DNA from: Gammaproteobacteria bacterium
GTDB lineage: Bacteria; Pseudomonadota; Gammaproteobacteria; Eutrophobiales; Eutrophobiaceae
Assembly (NCBI GenBank): GCA_965222155.1
Contig: CBDCTH010000012.1
Span: 3,264,001-3,328,000, forward strand
DNA: 64,000 nucleotides
Reading direction: 5' to 3'
Part shown: positions 19,590-29,882 of the stretch, piece by piece
How the letters are laid out: each line of letters starts with the position of its first letter
How positions within the stretch are numbered: position 1 is the stretch's first letter
Notes under the pieces: model-generated
What the model was told of the DNA's origin: nothing
The model's database searches: none
What the model saw: only the letters and a program-made list of their open reading frames with translations
Position numbers and translations under genes: made by a program

Positions 19590-20663
19590 GTGGCGCAACC
19601 TGGTGGGAAATTCATGAAAGGCAGAGGCACATCCTCGAAGGTCGATGCCCGGTTTCTTGAACATCGGCGTCATGAGGTTGATGACGGTTGGACCCCCGAG
19701 CCGGGTGAAGAGACCGTCGCGACGCAAATCTTCCAGGAGACCGCACGCACGATCATTACCCGCAACCAATCCCCGGATATCCCGTTTGAGACTTCAATTA
19801 ATGCCTACAGGGGTTGTGAGCATGGTTGTGTCTATTGTTACGCCCGGCCCAGCCATGCCTACGTCGATTTGTCGCCGGGAATAGATTTTGAAACAAAGAT
19901 ATTTGCTAAAACCAACGCTGCGGAATTATTGCGAAGCGAGTTGGGGAAACCCCGCTACATATGCAAACCCATCGCTATGGGGACGAATACAGACCCGTAT
20001 CAACCCATCGAACGACAGCTTCATATCACCAGGGACATTATCCAGGTCTTGCATGATTGCCAGCACCCATTATCCATCGTCACCAAATCCTGGCTAATCG
20101 AAAGGGACCTGGATTTACTCCAACCCATGGCGGAGCAAGGCCTGGTAAAGGTATTCCTGTCCATCACGTCACTACGGAATGACCTGTCACGTCGACTGGA
20201 ACCACGGGCTGCCTCTCCAAGTCGCCGCCTGAAAGCCGTGGATACCCTGAACCGCGCCAGCGTACCTGCAGGCGTCATGTTTGCTCCTGTCATCCCCTTC
20301 ATCAATGATGCGGAAATGGAAACCGTACTGGAACAGGCCGCCGCGGCCAGCGCCAGGACGGCAGGATACGTGATATTGCGGCTGCCGAATGAGGTCAAGC
20401 AACTGTTTCGCGAGTGGCTGGAAACCCATGAACCGGGAAAAACGGAGCATGTTTTCAGTATCATCCGCGACCTGAGGTCCGGCCGGGAAAACGATCCTGA
20501 CTATTTCACTCGAATGCGCGGTAAAGGCGTGTTTGCCGATTTAGTCCAAAAACGGTTTCGAAATGCCTGCCGGAAATTCGGGTTAAACAACGGCCGGGGC
20601 GAGTTGAACACCGCGCTGTTCAAACCCCCTGTACTCTCGGACCGGCAACAATCCTTGTTTTAG
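19590..20663 (+). CDS. PA0069-family radical SAM protein (SplB-related, putative DNA repair)
   Basis: KGRG, IITRNQSPDIPF, NAYRGCEHGCVYCYARPSH (CxxxCxxC), GTNTDPYQP, C-terminal QQSLF clamp-binding-like motif. The start may be the ATG at 19614. Confidence 0.9.
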   Translation: MAQPGGKFMKGRGTSSKVDARFLEHRRHEVDDGWTPEPGEETVATQIFQETARTIITRNQSPDIPFETSINAYRGCEHGCVYCYARPSHAYVDLSPGIDFETKIFAKTNAAELLRSELGKPRYICKPIAMGTNTDPYQPIERQLHITRDIIQVLHDCQHPLSIVTKSWLIERDLDLLQPMAEQGLVKVFLSITSLRNDLSRRLEPRAASPSRRLKAVDTLNRASVPAGVMFAPVIPFINDAEMETVLEQAAAASARTAGYVILRLPNEVKQLFREWLETHEPGKTEHVFSIIRDLRSGRENDPDYFTRMRGKGVFADLVQKRFRNACRKFGLNNGRGELNTALFKPPVLSDRQQSLF

Positions 20664-20719
20664 CCGTTTGTAACTTACAATTTATCTGACTGATAATCCG
20701 TTCAGAAAGGGGAGACCAA

Positions 20720-21524
20720 ATGTATATCAACAACCGCCATCATCACGCCCGGCGAGCTTGCTTCCTACTCAGGCGCCGGAGCCAGTGGTTTCAAAGGCTT
20801 CGTCCCTGACGATTCGGGTTCTTTTTCCCGGGAAAACCATGCAATTTACGGTGAACTGGAACTCGAGGTGACCGACAGGATGTTGACTCAGTATGCAGTC
20901 CGCTATGAGGATTTTTCCGATTTCGGCAGCACCATCAACGGCAAGCTGGCGGCGCGTTACGACCTGTTTGACTCCCTGGCTCTGCGTGGCGCCATCTCCA
21001 CGGGGTTCCATGCCCCTACTCCGGGCCAGTCCAACGCCCGGAAAGTCACCACCACCTTTGACGCCAACCTTAACGTATCGGTGGAAGAGGGGACGCTCCC
21101 CCCGGGTCACCCCCTGGTGCAGTCCGCCGGCAGCGGACGTGGAAGATATTGAAAACAGCTATCCGAACGAGCGCTTTGTCGTCAGCGCGTTCACTTCTTT
21201 TTCCGATAAGCTGGACCTGATGATACGCGCCAATTACTATGGGTCGCACTACGACCAAAACGGTACGATTGACGGATCAACTCCTTCCGCCAAAGTCGAC
21301 CCGGTCGTGTTTGTCGACCTGGAACTGGGTTACAATTTCAACGACAACCTGCGCTTCCTGGTGGGCTCGATGAGTTCGTCGGCAAAATCCGCCCGACGGA
21401 TACCTGTGGCAGCAGCGGACTGACCTGCGCCAACCGCTGGAGTCAGGGTATGCCGTACGCGCGCCGCGCCGCGGCGAACTACGAAGGCGGTTCCTGGTAC
21501 GTGCGGGCCGGTTATAGTTGGTGA
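20720..21524 (+). pseudogene. Internally deleted, frameshifted TonB-dependent receptor
   Basis: RBS and ATG are kept. Beta-barrel fragments lie in different frames (AVRYEDFSDFGSTINGKLAARY, RGAISTGFHAPT, VDLELGYNF, terminal GGSWYVRAGYSW). Only ~0.8 kb in total. Confidence 0.8.
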
Positions 21525-21538
21525 GAAATGCGGGCTAG
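21519..21538. mobile_element. Solo MITE end related to 19003-19347
   Basis: TGGTGAGAAATGCGGGCTAG, one mismatch to the right TIR of the MITE. Confidence 0.65.
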
Positions 21539-21657
21539 ATGCCCACCCCTAATCGACACCCATCAAAACCCACGTTTTTGAACAGTTACCAAACTATCCG
21601 CTCAAAAATGCTAATATATGAGCAGAAACTAATTAAAATCTTCAAAAAAGGCATATT

Positions 21658-22737
21658 TTGAGCACATACTCATTAGCATCATTCCCACCTGAGGGCATTC
21701 TGGAGACCCCCGCCGTATTGCGCGAGTTGGTGCAGGCACACCGTTATCTGGCAGAGTTGAAAGGGGTTGCCCGCACCATTCCCAACGAGCGGTTGCTGGT
21801 CTCTACCTTGTCGTTGCAGGAAGCACAGAGCAGTTCGGAAATCGAAAACATCATTACAACGCAGGATTCCCTGTTTAAATACCAAGTCCGGCCGGAAAGT
21901 TCTGATGCAGCCAGCAAAGAGGTTGCACATTACGTTCAGGGGTTGGACATTGGCTTTCGACAGATGCAAGCACACGGACTTTTGACCTTGAATACGGTGT
22001 TATCGGTGCAGCAGACGCTGCTGGGGAATAATGCCGGGTTTCGCAAAGTACCGGGTACGGTGTTGAAGAATGAGCGTAGCGGGAGAATTGTTTTTGAACC
22101 ACCCTCGCCTGAGTTGGTACCGGGGCTTATGGCGAAACTGGACGCCTTCATTCACGCCGATAGCGAATTGGATCCGTTGGTGCGGATGGCGCTGGTTCAT
22201 CATCAATTTGAGAGTATTCACCCATTTTACGATGGCAATGGTCGCACCGGCCGCATTATCAATATTCTTTTTCTGGTCAAGGAAGGTTTGCTGGATATAC
22301 CCATCCTCTATCTAAGCCGTTATATCAGCCAAACTAAAGCGGATTATTATCGCGGGCTGCAAGCGGTGCGCGATAATAACGAGTGGCAGCCGTGGCTGCT
22401 TTATATGTTGCATGGCGTTGCCTTAACCGCTCGCCATACCGCGCACCTCATAGCTGAAATTGGGGAGTTATTGCAACAGTACAAACAGCGCATCCGTGCT
22501 GACTTCAAGTTCTACAGTCAGGATTTGTTGAACAATATTTTTTGGCACCCCTACACCAAAGCCACATTTCTGGCGCAGGACATGAACGTATCGCGGGCAA
22601 CATCGATACGCTATCTGGATACGCTTGCGGCGGCTGGCATATTGCAAAAAAACCGCCTCGGGAAGGAAAATTATTACATCAATCATGCGTTGGTTAATTT
22701 GTTAGCGAATCCTGCGCCGATATGGGAATTTGAGTGA
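21658..22737 (+). CDS. Fic family protein (N-terminal DUF4172-like region, C-terminal HTH)
   Basis: EAQSSSEIEN inhibitory-type motif, catalytic HPFYDGNGRTGR, C-terminal VSRATSIRYLDTL. Confidence 0.92.
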   Translation: MSTYSLASFPPEGILETPAVLRELVQAHRYLAELKGVARTIPNERLLVSTLSLQEAQSSSEIENIITTQDSLFKYQVRPESSDAASKEVAHYVQGLDIGFRQMQAHGLLTLNTVLSVQQTLLGNNAGFRKVPGTVLKNERSGRIVFEPPSPELVPGLMAKLDAFIHADSELDPLVRMALVHHQFESIHPFYDGNGRTGRIINILFLVKEGLLDIPILYLSRYISQTKADYYRGLQAVRDNNEWQPWLLYMLHGVALTARHTAHLIAEIGELLQQYKQRIRADFKFYSQDLLNNIFWHPYTKATFLAQDMNVSRATSIRYLDTLAAAGILQKNRLGKENYYINHALVNLLANPAPIWEFE

Positions 22738-22835
22738 AATCCACAGAACACAAAACTGCCCAGGCCCGCATACTCAAATACGCGCAGGAAATAGGCTGGA
22801 CGTATGTGCCGCGAGAGCAAGCCGAGCAGTGGCGA
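22734..22835 (+). pseudogene. Stub resembling the N-terminus of a type I restriction subunit HsdR
   Basis: A GTG overlapping the fic stop reads MKSTEHKTAQARILKYAQEIGWTYVPREQAEQWR, recalled as an HsdR N-terminal pattern, then breaks off at the convergent FAH gene. Confidence 0.55.
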
Positions 22836-22856
22836 GTGAGCCTGCCAACTTGCTGG

Positions 22857-23690
22857 TCAGGACCGGTCGCCGATGCGGTTTCGTAAAATACCGATGCCCG
22901 CAATTTCCAGTTCGACGAGGTCTTTCTCCTTGAAACGCCGGCCAACGTCGATTCCACTGCCGCCGGACGGCGTGCCGGAACCGAAGACTTCTCCCGGATA
23001 AAGGGTTTGTTCACGGGATGCGTATGCAATAAGCTCTGCAAAGCTGTAGTGCATATTGCTCGATGAGTCCTCGGCCCATACCTCCCCATTGACCCGCAGG
23101 ACCATCCGGAGGTTTTGTGGGTCAAGCTCGTCCGCACTGATGATGCAAGGGCCAATCACGTTTGAGCCGTCCCAATCCTTGGCTTTACCGGGTCCCAAAC
23201 CAATGGGCATTTCCACGCGTTGAACATCGCGCGCCGAGACGTCGTTCCAAATTGTGTAGCCGAAGATATAGTCTGCTGCGTTCTCTGCCGTGATATTCCT
23301 GCCTTGCCGTCCAATCACGGCGGCAAGCTCCAACTCGCAGTCCACATAATCGCTGTAGGACGGCCATGGAATGTCTGTTTCCGGGCCGATCACCGTGTCC
23401 GGCATCCCTTTATAATATACCGGAACCTCGTACCACTCCTTCGGCACCGCAAGCCCAAGGCGTTCGTATGATGTTTTAAGGTGACCCTCGAAGGTAATAA
23501 AGTCTCGCAGGCTCCGTGGTCTGAGCGGCGCTAGCAGGCGTGCATCTTTCACCGGAGTTCGGTTCCCTACGGGCGCTCCTGCCTCAATGAACGCCACCAT
23601 GTCTCCCTCAAATCCTGCGTCGTAGACGTAATCCCCATCTATCACGCCAACGTGGGCGTCAGACTCACTGGTATAGGTAACGAATTTCAT
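22857..23690 (-). CDS. Fumarylacetoacetate hydrolase family protein
   Basis: LRDFITFEGH, PVYYKG, DCELELAAVIG, IFGYTIWNDVSARD, GKAKD, GSGT. Start taken at MKFVTY. Confidence 0.92.
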   Translation of the reverse strand: MKFVTYTSESDAHVGVIDGDYVYDAGFEGDMVAFIEAGAPVGNRTPVKDARLLAPLRPRSLRDFITFEGHLKTSYERLGLAVPKEWYEVPVYYKGMPDTVIGPETDIPWPSYSDYVDCELELAAVIGRQGRNITAENAADYIFGYTIWNDVSARDVQRVEMPIGLGPGKAKDWDGSNVIGPCIISADELDPQNLRMVLRVNGEVWAEDSSSNMHYSFAELIAYASREQTLYPGEVFGSGTPSGGSGIDVGRRFKEKDLVELEIAGIGILRNRIGDRS

Positions 23691-23700
23691 CGTAAGCCCG

Positions 23701-24114
23701 CTACACTGCCACCACGGCGATAGCTTCGATCTCGACGAGGAATTCGTCCTTGAACATAGGCACCAGATCGGAGCGAACACAGGCACGCGGAGGTCGCGGT
23801 TCCGGAAAAAAACGGGCATATACTTCGTTCATTGCGGCATAATCATCGTAGTCCTTGAGCCAGACTGTTACCTTGACAACATCCTTGAATGAAGCGCCCA
23901 GACTCTGCAGCACTCCACCGATGTTCTCCAGGGTCTTCTCGGTTTGCGCACGGATGTCGTTTGCGCCGACTAACTCTCCGCGTTCGTTCAAGGCGGCCTG
24001 TCCGGCAGTGAAGACCAGCGGTCCTGCCCGAACCCCCTGTGAAAAATTTGTCGACACGGCAGGCGATTGGCCCGCGCCACCCCCGAACGACCAGTCTCTG
24101 CTTGCGAAATTCAT
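23701..24114 (-). CDS. RidA family protein
   Basis: FSQGVRAGPLVFTAGQ, DVVKVTVWL, MNEVYARFF, RPPRAC (catalytic Arg kept), VEIEAIA. GGAGG RBS before MNFASR. Confidence 0.9.
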   Translation of the reverse strand: MNFASRDWSFGGGAGQSPAVSTNFSQGVRAGPLVFTAGQAALNERGELVGANDIRAQTEKTLENIGGVLQSLGASFKDVVKVTVWLKDYDDYAAMNEVYARFFPEPRPPRACVRSDLVPMFKDEFLVEIEAIAVVAV

Positions 24115-24206
24115 GTTGCCCTCCATATGTTTCACGGCATCAGCACGCGTTTGCCGCATAATTTTTTTGGAATGCGTTCATCCTCAGCGCACTCTATTGA
24201 GAAATA

Positions 24207-25988
24207 TTACCGGTGGGAAAATCGTTCAGTCAACCACCTCAGGATATCTTCGCTCACCCGGTCCTCCCATCCGATCAGGCTGTGGGGAGCACCGTCGTCG
24301 TACCATTTGTAGTCGGCCGGACCGCCGGCCGCGCTGGTGAAGGTCTGCACGAACGGCAGGTCGACAAAGGTATCCTTGTTACCGGCGATGGCGAAGATGG
24401 GAATATCCAGCAGACGGATTTGCTCCGTATGCACCGTCACGGCATCCGGACCCCATTCGGAGAGGAAGCTCTTCGCCGTTTGATGCCACTGGTATGTAAT
24501 GCCGGGCGGCGCCGGTTGCGGCATCAAACCTTCGGCATAAACAATTTGCCTGTCCCCGTTTCCGGCGGCGACCATGGCTTGCGCTTCTGCCACGAGACGG
24601 TCATAGGCTGATATGCCCAGTCCGCGCCTGGCCCAATCCGGCCCATCCCTGGTTGGCGCCAGGTACACGATCCCGATGATCCTGGGGTCGCCGCTGGAAA
24701 CTTTATAATAAGTTGAACGGATGCCACCCCAGCTATGTCCGATCAATATTACGCGGTTGAAACCCCGGTACTCAAGATAATTGACCCAGCCGGCGGTATC
24801 CCGTGCGACTTCCGGGAAGATGGATTTGTAGATCGCCGCTCCGGCCGCCCGGTTGCGGGCCGCAAGCGCGCTATAACCCGCCTGGGCCAAGCGCACCGGC
24901 AACCATTGGCTGGCCGAGCGCATGTTATCGCCTGAATATCCATACAACACCATGAATGCAGGCTTTGAGTAGTCGCCGCCGCTTTCGGGTTGATAGAGCA
25001 TCCCGGATTGTTCCATACCATCCGTCGCCGTGGTATCGACAACCTGCGTGCTTACGCGGGGCCGCGGCCCGAGACCGATCTCTTCCAGCCAGTCAAAGGC
25101 GTCCTGGGCAGCCCGTTCTCGCGCACCCGTAAAAATATGGTCAACGCCTTCATACCAAAGTGAATCTACCCTCGGGCTCTGCACGGCTGCCGTCTTCAGG
25201 GAGTCTTGATAGTCCTTGGTTACGAATGCGTCCGCATCTCCGGAGACCAATAGCAACGGCATGTCAAGCTCGGCGAACCCAACGCTGTTGCGCGTCCGAG
25301 CGGCAGGCCCCCACCAGTCAAGCCAGGTAGCGGCGCTTTGGAGAAAGCCCCTCGCTATTCCGGGAGGAGCAGGCGGCGGCATCTCAAAAGTATCGAATAC
25401 ATATTCGTCACCCCGGCCTTCGGACACCAGCGTGGACAGTCGTTCGACGATTTGCTTGTAGCGTTCCTCACCGAATCCGGCGCGCGCCCACTTTGGCATG
25501 TCCCGGGTTGGCGCATAATGAATCATGGCCTTGATCCGTGGATCACGCGTGTCTATCCAGTACCGTGTGATACGGATAGACCCCAGGCTGTGACCGACCA
25601 GAATGATGTCTGTCATACCCATCTGGGAGAGCCAGTCCACAGCGGCTTTTACGTCCAGCGTGGCTTTCTCGAAGGGTATATTTAGATGACCGGCAGAGTG
25701 TCGAGACAGGATACTGAGACCCGTATAACCCTTCGCTGCAAGCGGCTCCGCCACGAAGCGTGGAGCACCCAACGCCTGCACGGGACTTCCGCCGATCCCA
25801 TGGTAGTAGATGACCGCCGGTGAATGCGTGTTGATGCCTGCGCTGGGGTAGTTCAATAGCGCGGGGACGCTCACGCCGTCATCGGCCTTGAGTGTCATCA
25901 CTTCCTGGATAAAGCCTCGATTGTCCCCAGCGGCTATCGGCAGACTAACAAGCAGGGCGGCAGCCACAATGAGATGACCCCCATTCAC
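24207..25988 (-). CDS. Exported tandem (two-domain) alpha/beta hydrolase
   Basis: Signal peptide. Two homologous domains, with GHSLG and GHSWG nucleophile elbows, each followed by DPRI..APTRDxPxWAR and an Asp/His segment. Confidence 0.8.
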   Translation of the reverse strand: MNGGHLIVAAALLVSLPIAAGDNRGFIQEVMTLKADDGVSVPALLNYPSAGINTHSPAVIYYHGIGGSPVQALGAPRFVAEPLAAKGYTGLSILSRHSAGHLNIPFEKATLDVKAAVDWLSQMGMTDIILVGHSLGSIRITRYWIDTRDPRIKAMIHYAPTRDMPKWARAGFGEERYKQIVERLSTLVSEGRGDEYVFDTFEMPPPAPPGIARGFLQSAATWLDWWGPAARTRNSVGFAELDMPLLLVSGDADAFVTKDYQDSLKTAAVQSPRVDSLWYEGVDHIFTGARERAAQDAFDWLEEIGLGPRPRVSTQVVDTTATDGMEQSGMLYQPESGGDYSKPAFMVLYGYSGDNMRSASQWLPVRLAQAGYSALAARNRAAGAAIYKSIFPEVARDTAGWVNYLEYRGFNRVILIGHSWGGIRSTYYKVSSGDPRIIGIVYLAPTRDGPDWARRGLGISAYDRLVAEAQAMVAAGNGDRQIVYAEGLMPQPAPPGITYQWHQTAKSFLSEWGPDAVTVHTEQIRLLDIPIFAIAGNKDTFVDLPFVQTFTSAAGGPADYKWYDDGAPHSLIGWEDRVSEDILRWLTERFSHR

Positions 25989-26455
25989 CCATTATTACCT
26001 TCTTCATAGTGCCCTCAGTATTATTTCGGCGTGAAAAGATACAGCAATATAACACCTGTCCATACCAGATTCCTCTATCGCCCGTATCCGGGTGGGCCTG
26101 CCCATGGTCAACGTGACCAGTATCGTCATCGAGACACACACGCCAACCAACACCGGCAGTAAAAAGGCAATGCCGGATATAACAATGACTTTTTTAGTAT
26201 AAAGTACACAATATAAGGGATTTACAGTTGACATTCCCCCCGCATGGCGTGCTGCTGTAGCTTATTCGCATTTTTAATTCTCACCTTTATCTTATGGTTA
26301 GGAGTCCCTGAGACAGCCCAGGCCGCTGCCAGTGCCTGTATTTTTACTCTGACCCCAAATTTCGGAATGGTAACCAGATCGGAATAGTGGTTCTACTTCC
26401 AATCCGAGAAAATAACACCTGTTTTATTTTCTCCTGATTCGTTAAAATTACTCCC

Positions 26456-27685
26456 ATGAAAATATCCATGTTCCACCTTATGCCGTATCGGGAACTGCCG
26501 GAGGGGTTTGAGAAAGTATACCCCTCTGCCTGGTTCACCCTGCCGTTTCCCAAGGTGGCCGATGCCAACAAGGCCGCGCAATACTACAACTGGACGCTGG
26601 ATGAACTTCAGTTTGCGGCAGAGTCCGGGTTTGACGGTGTTTGCACCAATGAGCACCATCAGAATGCGTACGGTTTCATGGTCAATCCCAATATGATGGG
26701 TTCGGTATTGGCGCGGGCGACCCGTGGAACCCGTACTGCCATTATCCAGATGGGTGAAACGGCTGTTTTCCTCAATCCGCCTATTCGCGTCGCCGAGGAA
26801 TACGCCATGCTGGATTGCATCAGCGAAGGTCGTATGGTTGCCGGATTTCCCGTAGGCCTGGGCGGCGACTTTGCCCATAGCTACGGTTTTGCGCCTATGG
26901 AGCAGCGCGGTCGCTATCGCGAAGCCCATGAGTTGATCACAAAAGCCTGGCAAGCTGAGGACGTGTTCGCATGGAATGGCAAATATTATCAATTGCCCAT
27001 GGTCAGTACCTGGCCCCGACCCGTACAAAAACCCCACCCACCCATCTGGGTGCCGGGCAACGCCAGTCCCAGCACCTGGGACTTTGTCCTGCAAAATGAT
27101 TATTGCTATTGCTACCTGACCTATTTCGGCGCCAAGGGGGCTGACAAAACCGTCGGGGGTTACTGGAAACGGGCTGAAGAACTGGGCCGGGACAATAATC
27201 CTTACCGGCTTGGCTACCTGATCCCCGTAGGCGTCGCTGAGAGCGATGCGGTCGCGGATAATATCTACGCAAAACATATCGAATATTTCTATCACAAGCT
27301 GCTGCACATCCCGGAGGCCCTGTTCATGCCGCCGGGCCACATGACCCACAGCAGCCTGAATTACTTGATTACCAAACGACCGTTGCCGCCTTTCGATACG
27401 CTGAAGAAGAACAGCTACAAGGATTTCAAGGAAAACGAATACCTGGTAACCGGCAGCGCCGACCGCGTGACGGAGCAACTACTGGGTATTATCAAACGCC
27501 TGCGTGTCGGTAACCTGATGTTACTACCCCAGTTCGGCTCCATGTCCCACGAAGAGACCATGGAAAATATCGACCGGCTGGCTAAAGACGTGCTGCCCCA
27601 CCTGCGCGGCGTCTGGGATGACGAAGGCTGGGAAAATCACTGGTGGCCGGAAAACTGTAAACAACCAACCCGGCAGGTTGCCTGA
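26456..27685 (+). CDS. Luciferase-like (LLM class) flavin-dependent monooxygenase
   Basis: GFDGVCTNEHHQ, PIRVAEEYAMLD, SEGR, WPRPVQKPHPPIW. Confidence 0.92.
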   Translation: MKISMFHLMPYRELPEGFEKVYPSAWFTLPFPKVADANKAAQYYNWTLDELQFAAESGFDGVCTNEHHQNAYGFMVNPNMMGSVLARATRGTRTAIIQMGETAVFLNPPIRVAEEYAMLDCISEGRMVAGFPVGLGGDFAHSYGFAPMEQRGRYREAHELITKAWQAEDVFAWNGKYYQLPMVSTWPRPVQKPHPPIWVPGNASPSTWDFVLQNDYCYCYLTYFGAKGADKTVGGYWKRAEELGRDNNPYRLGYLIPVGVAESDAVADNIYAKHIEYFYHKLLHIPEALFMPPGHMTHSSLNYLITKRPLPPFDTLKKNSYKDFKENEYLVTGSADRVTEQLLGIIKRLRVGNLMLLPQFGSMSHEETMENIDRLAKDVLPHLRGVWDDEGWENHWWPENCKQPTRQVA

Positions 27686-27696
27686 GGGAAACCGTC

Positions 27697-28497
27697 ATGG
27701 CAGAGATTCGCACCGAAACCATTGCCGTTCTGGGAGGCCTGCTGAATATCAGGGTAGACGTGGCAGGTACGGGTAAACCGCTGGTTTTTTTACATTCTGC
27801 CGGTGGTTTGCAATGGGACCCGTTTCTCGAAGGGCTGGCTGAGAGATACACGGTTTATGCGCCTTATTTCCCCGGCACCTTCCCCGGTGAGCCGAATGAC
27901 ATAGAACACATCGAAGACATGTGGGATGCCGTACTGGCTTATGACGACGTGCTGACCGGCCTCGGTATCGATTCGACCCTGCTCATAGGCCATTCTTTCG
28001 GCGGTATGCTGGCCGCTGAACTGGCGGCCCTGAGACCCGAGCGAATAACAAAACTGGTGTTGATCGCACCGATCGGACTCTGGCACAAAGACTCGCCCTA
28101 TACCGTTGCCGACTGGACTGCCAAAGACGCCGAAGGATTGGCCGCCGTGCTGTTCCACAATACCGATTCCGAACTGGTCAAGGCCGCGTTGACCCCGCCC
28201 GAGGATGAAGACATAGCCGCCGAGGGTCTGGTGCAGTTCCTCTGGACCCTGGGTTGCACCGCCAAGGTGATCTGGCCCATCCCGGACAAGGGATTGAAGA
28301 AACGCATCCACAGGATCAGCGCGCCGGCGCTGGTAATATGGGGTGAGAATGACGCGTTAATCCCGCCCGCTTATGCCGGTATCTTTATAGACTCCCTGAA
28401 ACAGGCCGAACTCTGCATGATCCCCGATTGCGGTCACGTGCCGCCCCTGGAACAACTGGACGCGCTCAACTCTGCGGTGGAACAATTCCTAGGCTGA
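27697..28497 (+). CDS. Alpha/beta fold hydrolase
   Basis: LVFLHSAGG, GHSFGG, VIWGEND, CGHVPPLE. Confidence 0.92.
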   Translation: MAEIRTETIAVLGGLLNIRVDVAGTGKPLVFLHSAGGLQWDPFLEGLAERYTVYAPYFPGTFPGEPNDIEHIEDMWDAVLAYDDVLTGLGIDSTLLIGHSFGGMLAAELAALRPERITKLVLIAPIGLWHKDSPYTVADWTAKDAEGLAAVLFHNTDSELVKAALTPPEDEDIAAEGLVQFLWTLGCTAKVIWPIPDKGLKKRIHRISAPALVIWGENDALIPPAYAGIFIDSLKQAELCMIPDCGHVPPLEQLDALNSAVEQFLG

Positions 28498-28498
28498 C
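28434..28498 (+). repeat. Left copy of a diverged ~64-bp direct repeat (3' end of the hydrolase gene); right copy at 30844-30907
   Basis: ACAACTGGACGCGCTCAACTCTGCGGTGGAACAATTCCTAGGCTGAC vs ACAACTGGACGCGCTCAACACAGCGGTGGATAAATTTCTCGGCTGAC. Confidence 0.85.
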
Positions 28499-28586
28499 AT
28501 ATAAAGCGTTTTTTCTGAGAACACACTCTTTAGAGCATACTACTGTACTCACAGCATTTCTATGGCATACACGATAAAATAGCATT

Positions 28587-29882
28587 ATGGCGAAGATAGA
28601 AGGTTTCAGAGTAAAAAACTTCAAGACCTTGAAGGACATCACGCTGGGCAGGTTATGGAAGCAGCGACAAAATGAGGCGCTCACACCCATGACGGCAGTG
28701 ATAGGTAAAAATGGAGTGGGGAAAAGTGCCCTTTTTGATGCTTTCGGTTTCCTGGCTGATGCACTGAAGCTTGGTGTCGAGGAGGCTTGTGATGCTCGCG
28801 AAAGGGGAGGCTTTGTGAGGATAAGATCACAGGCAGTGACAGGGCCAATTGAATTTGAAATATATTACAGGGAACATGGAAATGCACGCCCTATAACCTA
28901 TGAGGTAGCTATTGATATTGATGGGTCAGGGCGTCCTTTCGTGAGACAAGAGCGTCTCAGGCAAAAACGGTTTCGCCAGAAACAGGGATGGCCATTTTCT
29001 TTCCTTATACTTGAAGGTGGGAAAGGCGTGGCGTGGAAGGGAGATGAGACTGGGCGTCAGATCGATGAAGCAAGAGAGCAACTCGATATTAATGAGTTCT
29101 TACGGATTTTGTTGTCGGAAGAGCCCAAAGAGACCGAGTTTGTCGAGTTGGAGGATCGGCGGAGGCTAGGTATAGCCACTCTCGGATCATTGAAACAACA
29201 CCCGAGAATCTCAGCATTTCGCAGGTTCATAGAGGGGTGGCATCTCAGTTACTTCACGCCGGATGCCGCGCGAGGACTTCCTCTGGCCGGTCCACAGAAA
29301 CATCTCAACGTTCATGGAGATAATCTCGGCAATGTCGTTCAATACATGGAGCGAGAACATCCCGGACGTTTACGGACTGTCTTGAATGCAATAGCCGAGA
29401 AGATACCAGGCATTAACATGATCGATACGGAAAGAACCAATGACGGGCGATTATTGCTCAAGTTCAACGACAAGGGTTTTCAGGACCCATTTTACGCGCA
29501 GCAGATGTCGGATGGGACGCTGAAGGTATTCGCGTACCTGCTGCTTCTGGAGGATCCGGACCCGCCCCCGTTTCTCTGCATCGAAGAACCGGAAAATGGA
29601 TTGTACCACAAACTTTTGGAAACCCTGACCGAGGAATTCAGAACGCATGCCAGTGGGTCCAAAGGCGGCTCCCAAGTGTTTGTCACGACCCATCAGCCGT
29701 ACTTTGTCGATGCGCTAACTCCTGACGAGGTATGGGTCCTGGAAAAAGGTGAAGATGGCTTTTCAACAATACGCCGTGCGAGTTCGGATCCGATCGTGAA
29801 AAACATGGCAGATGAGGGGTTGCCACTGGGGGGACTCTGGTACAGCGATTACCTGGACTCGAGGTCAATGAATGCACTTTGA
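28587..29882 (+). CDS. AAA_15/AAA_21-type ABC ATPase (putative defence-associated)
   Basis: VKNFKTLK, GKNGVGKS, signature MSDGTLK, IEEPENGLYH, TTHQP. Confidence 0.88.
   Translation: MAKIEGFRVKNFKTLKDITLGRLWKQRQNEALTPMTAVIGKNGVGKSALFDAFGFLADALKLGVEEACDARERGGFVRIRSQAVTGPIEFEIYYREHGNARPITYEVAIDIDGSGRPFVRQERLRQKRFRQKQGWPFSFLILEGGKGVAWKGDETGRQIDEAREQLDINEFLRILLSEEPKETEFVELEDRRRLGIATLGSLKQHPRISAFRRFIEGWHLSYFTPDAARGLPLAGPQKHLNVHGDNLGNVVQYMEREHPGRLRTVLNAIAEKIPGINMIDTERTNDGRLLLKFNDKGFQDPFYAQQMSDGTLKVFAYLLLLEDPDPPPFLCIEEPENGLYHKLLETLTEEFRTHASGSKGGSQVFVTTHQPYFVDALTPDEVWVLEKGEDGFSTIRRASSDPIVKNMADEGLPLGGLWYSDYLDSRSMNAL

Noticed and set aside
26004-26234. 76-aa hydrophobic ORF upstream of the double hydrolase
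   Set aside because: No recognisable motif or clear RBS; it cannot be supported without a homology search.
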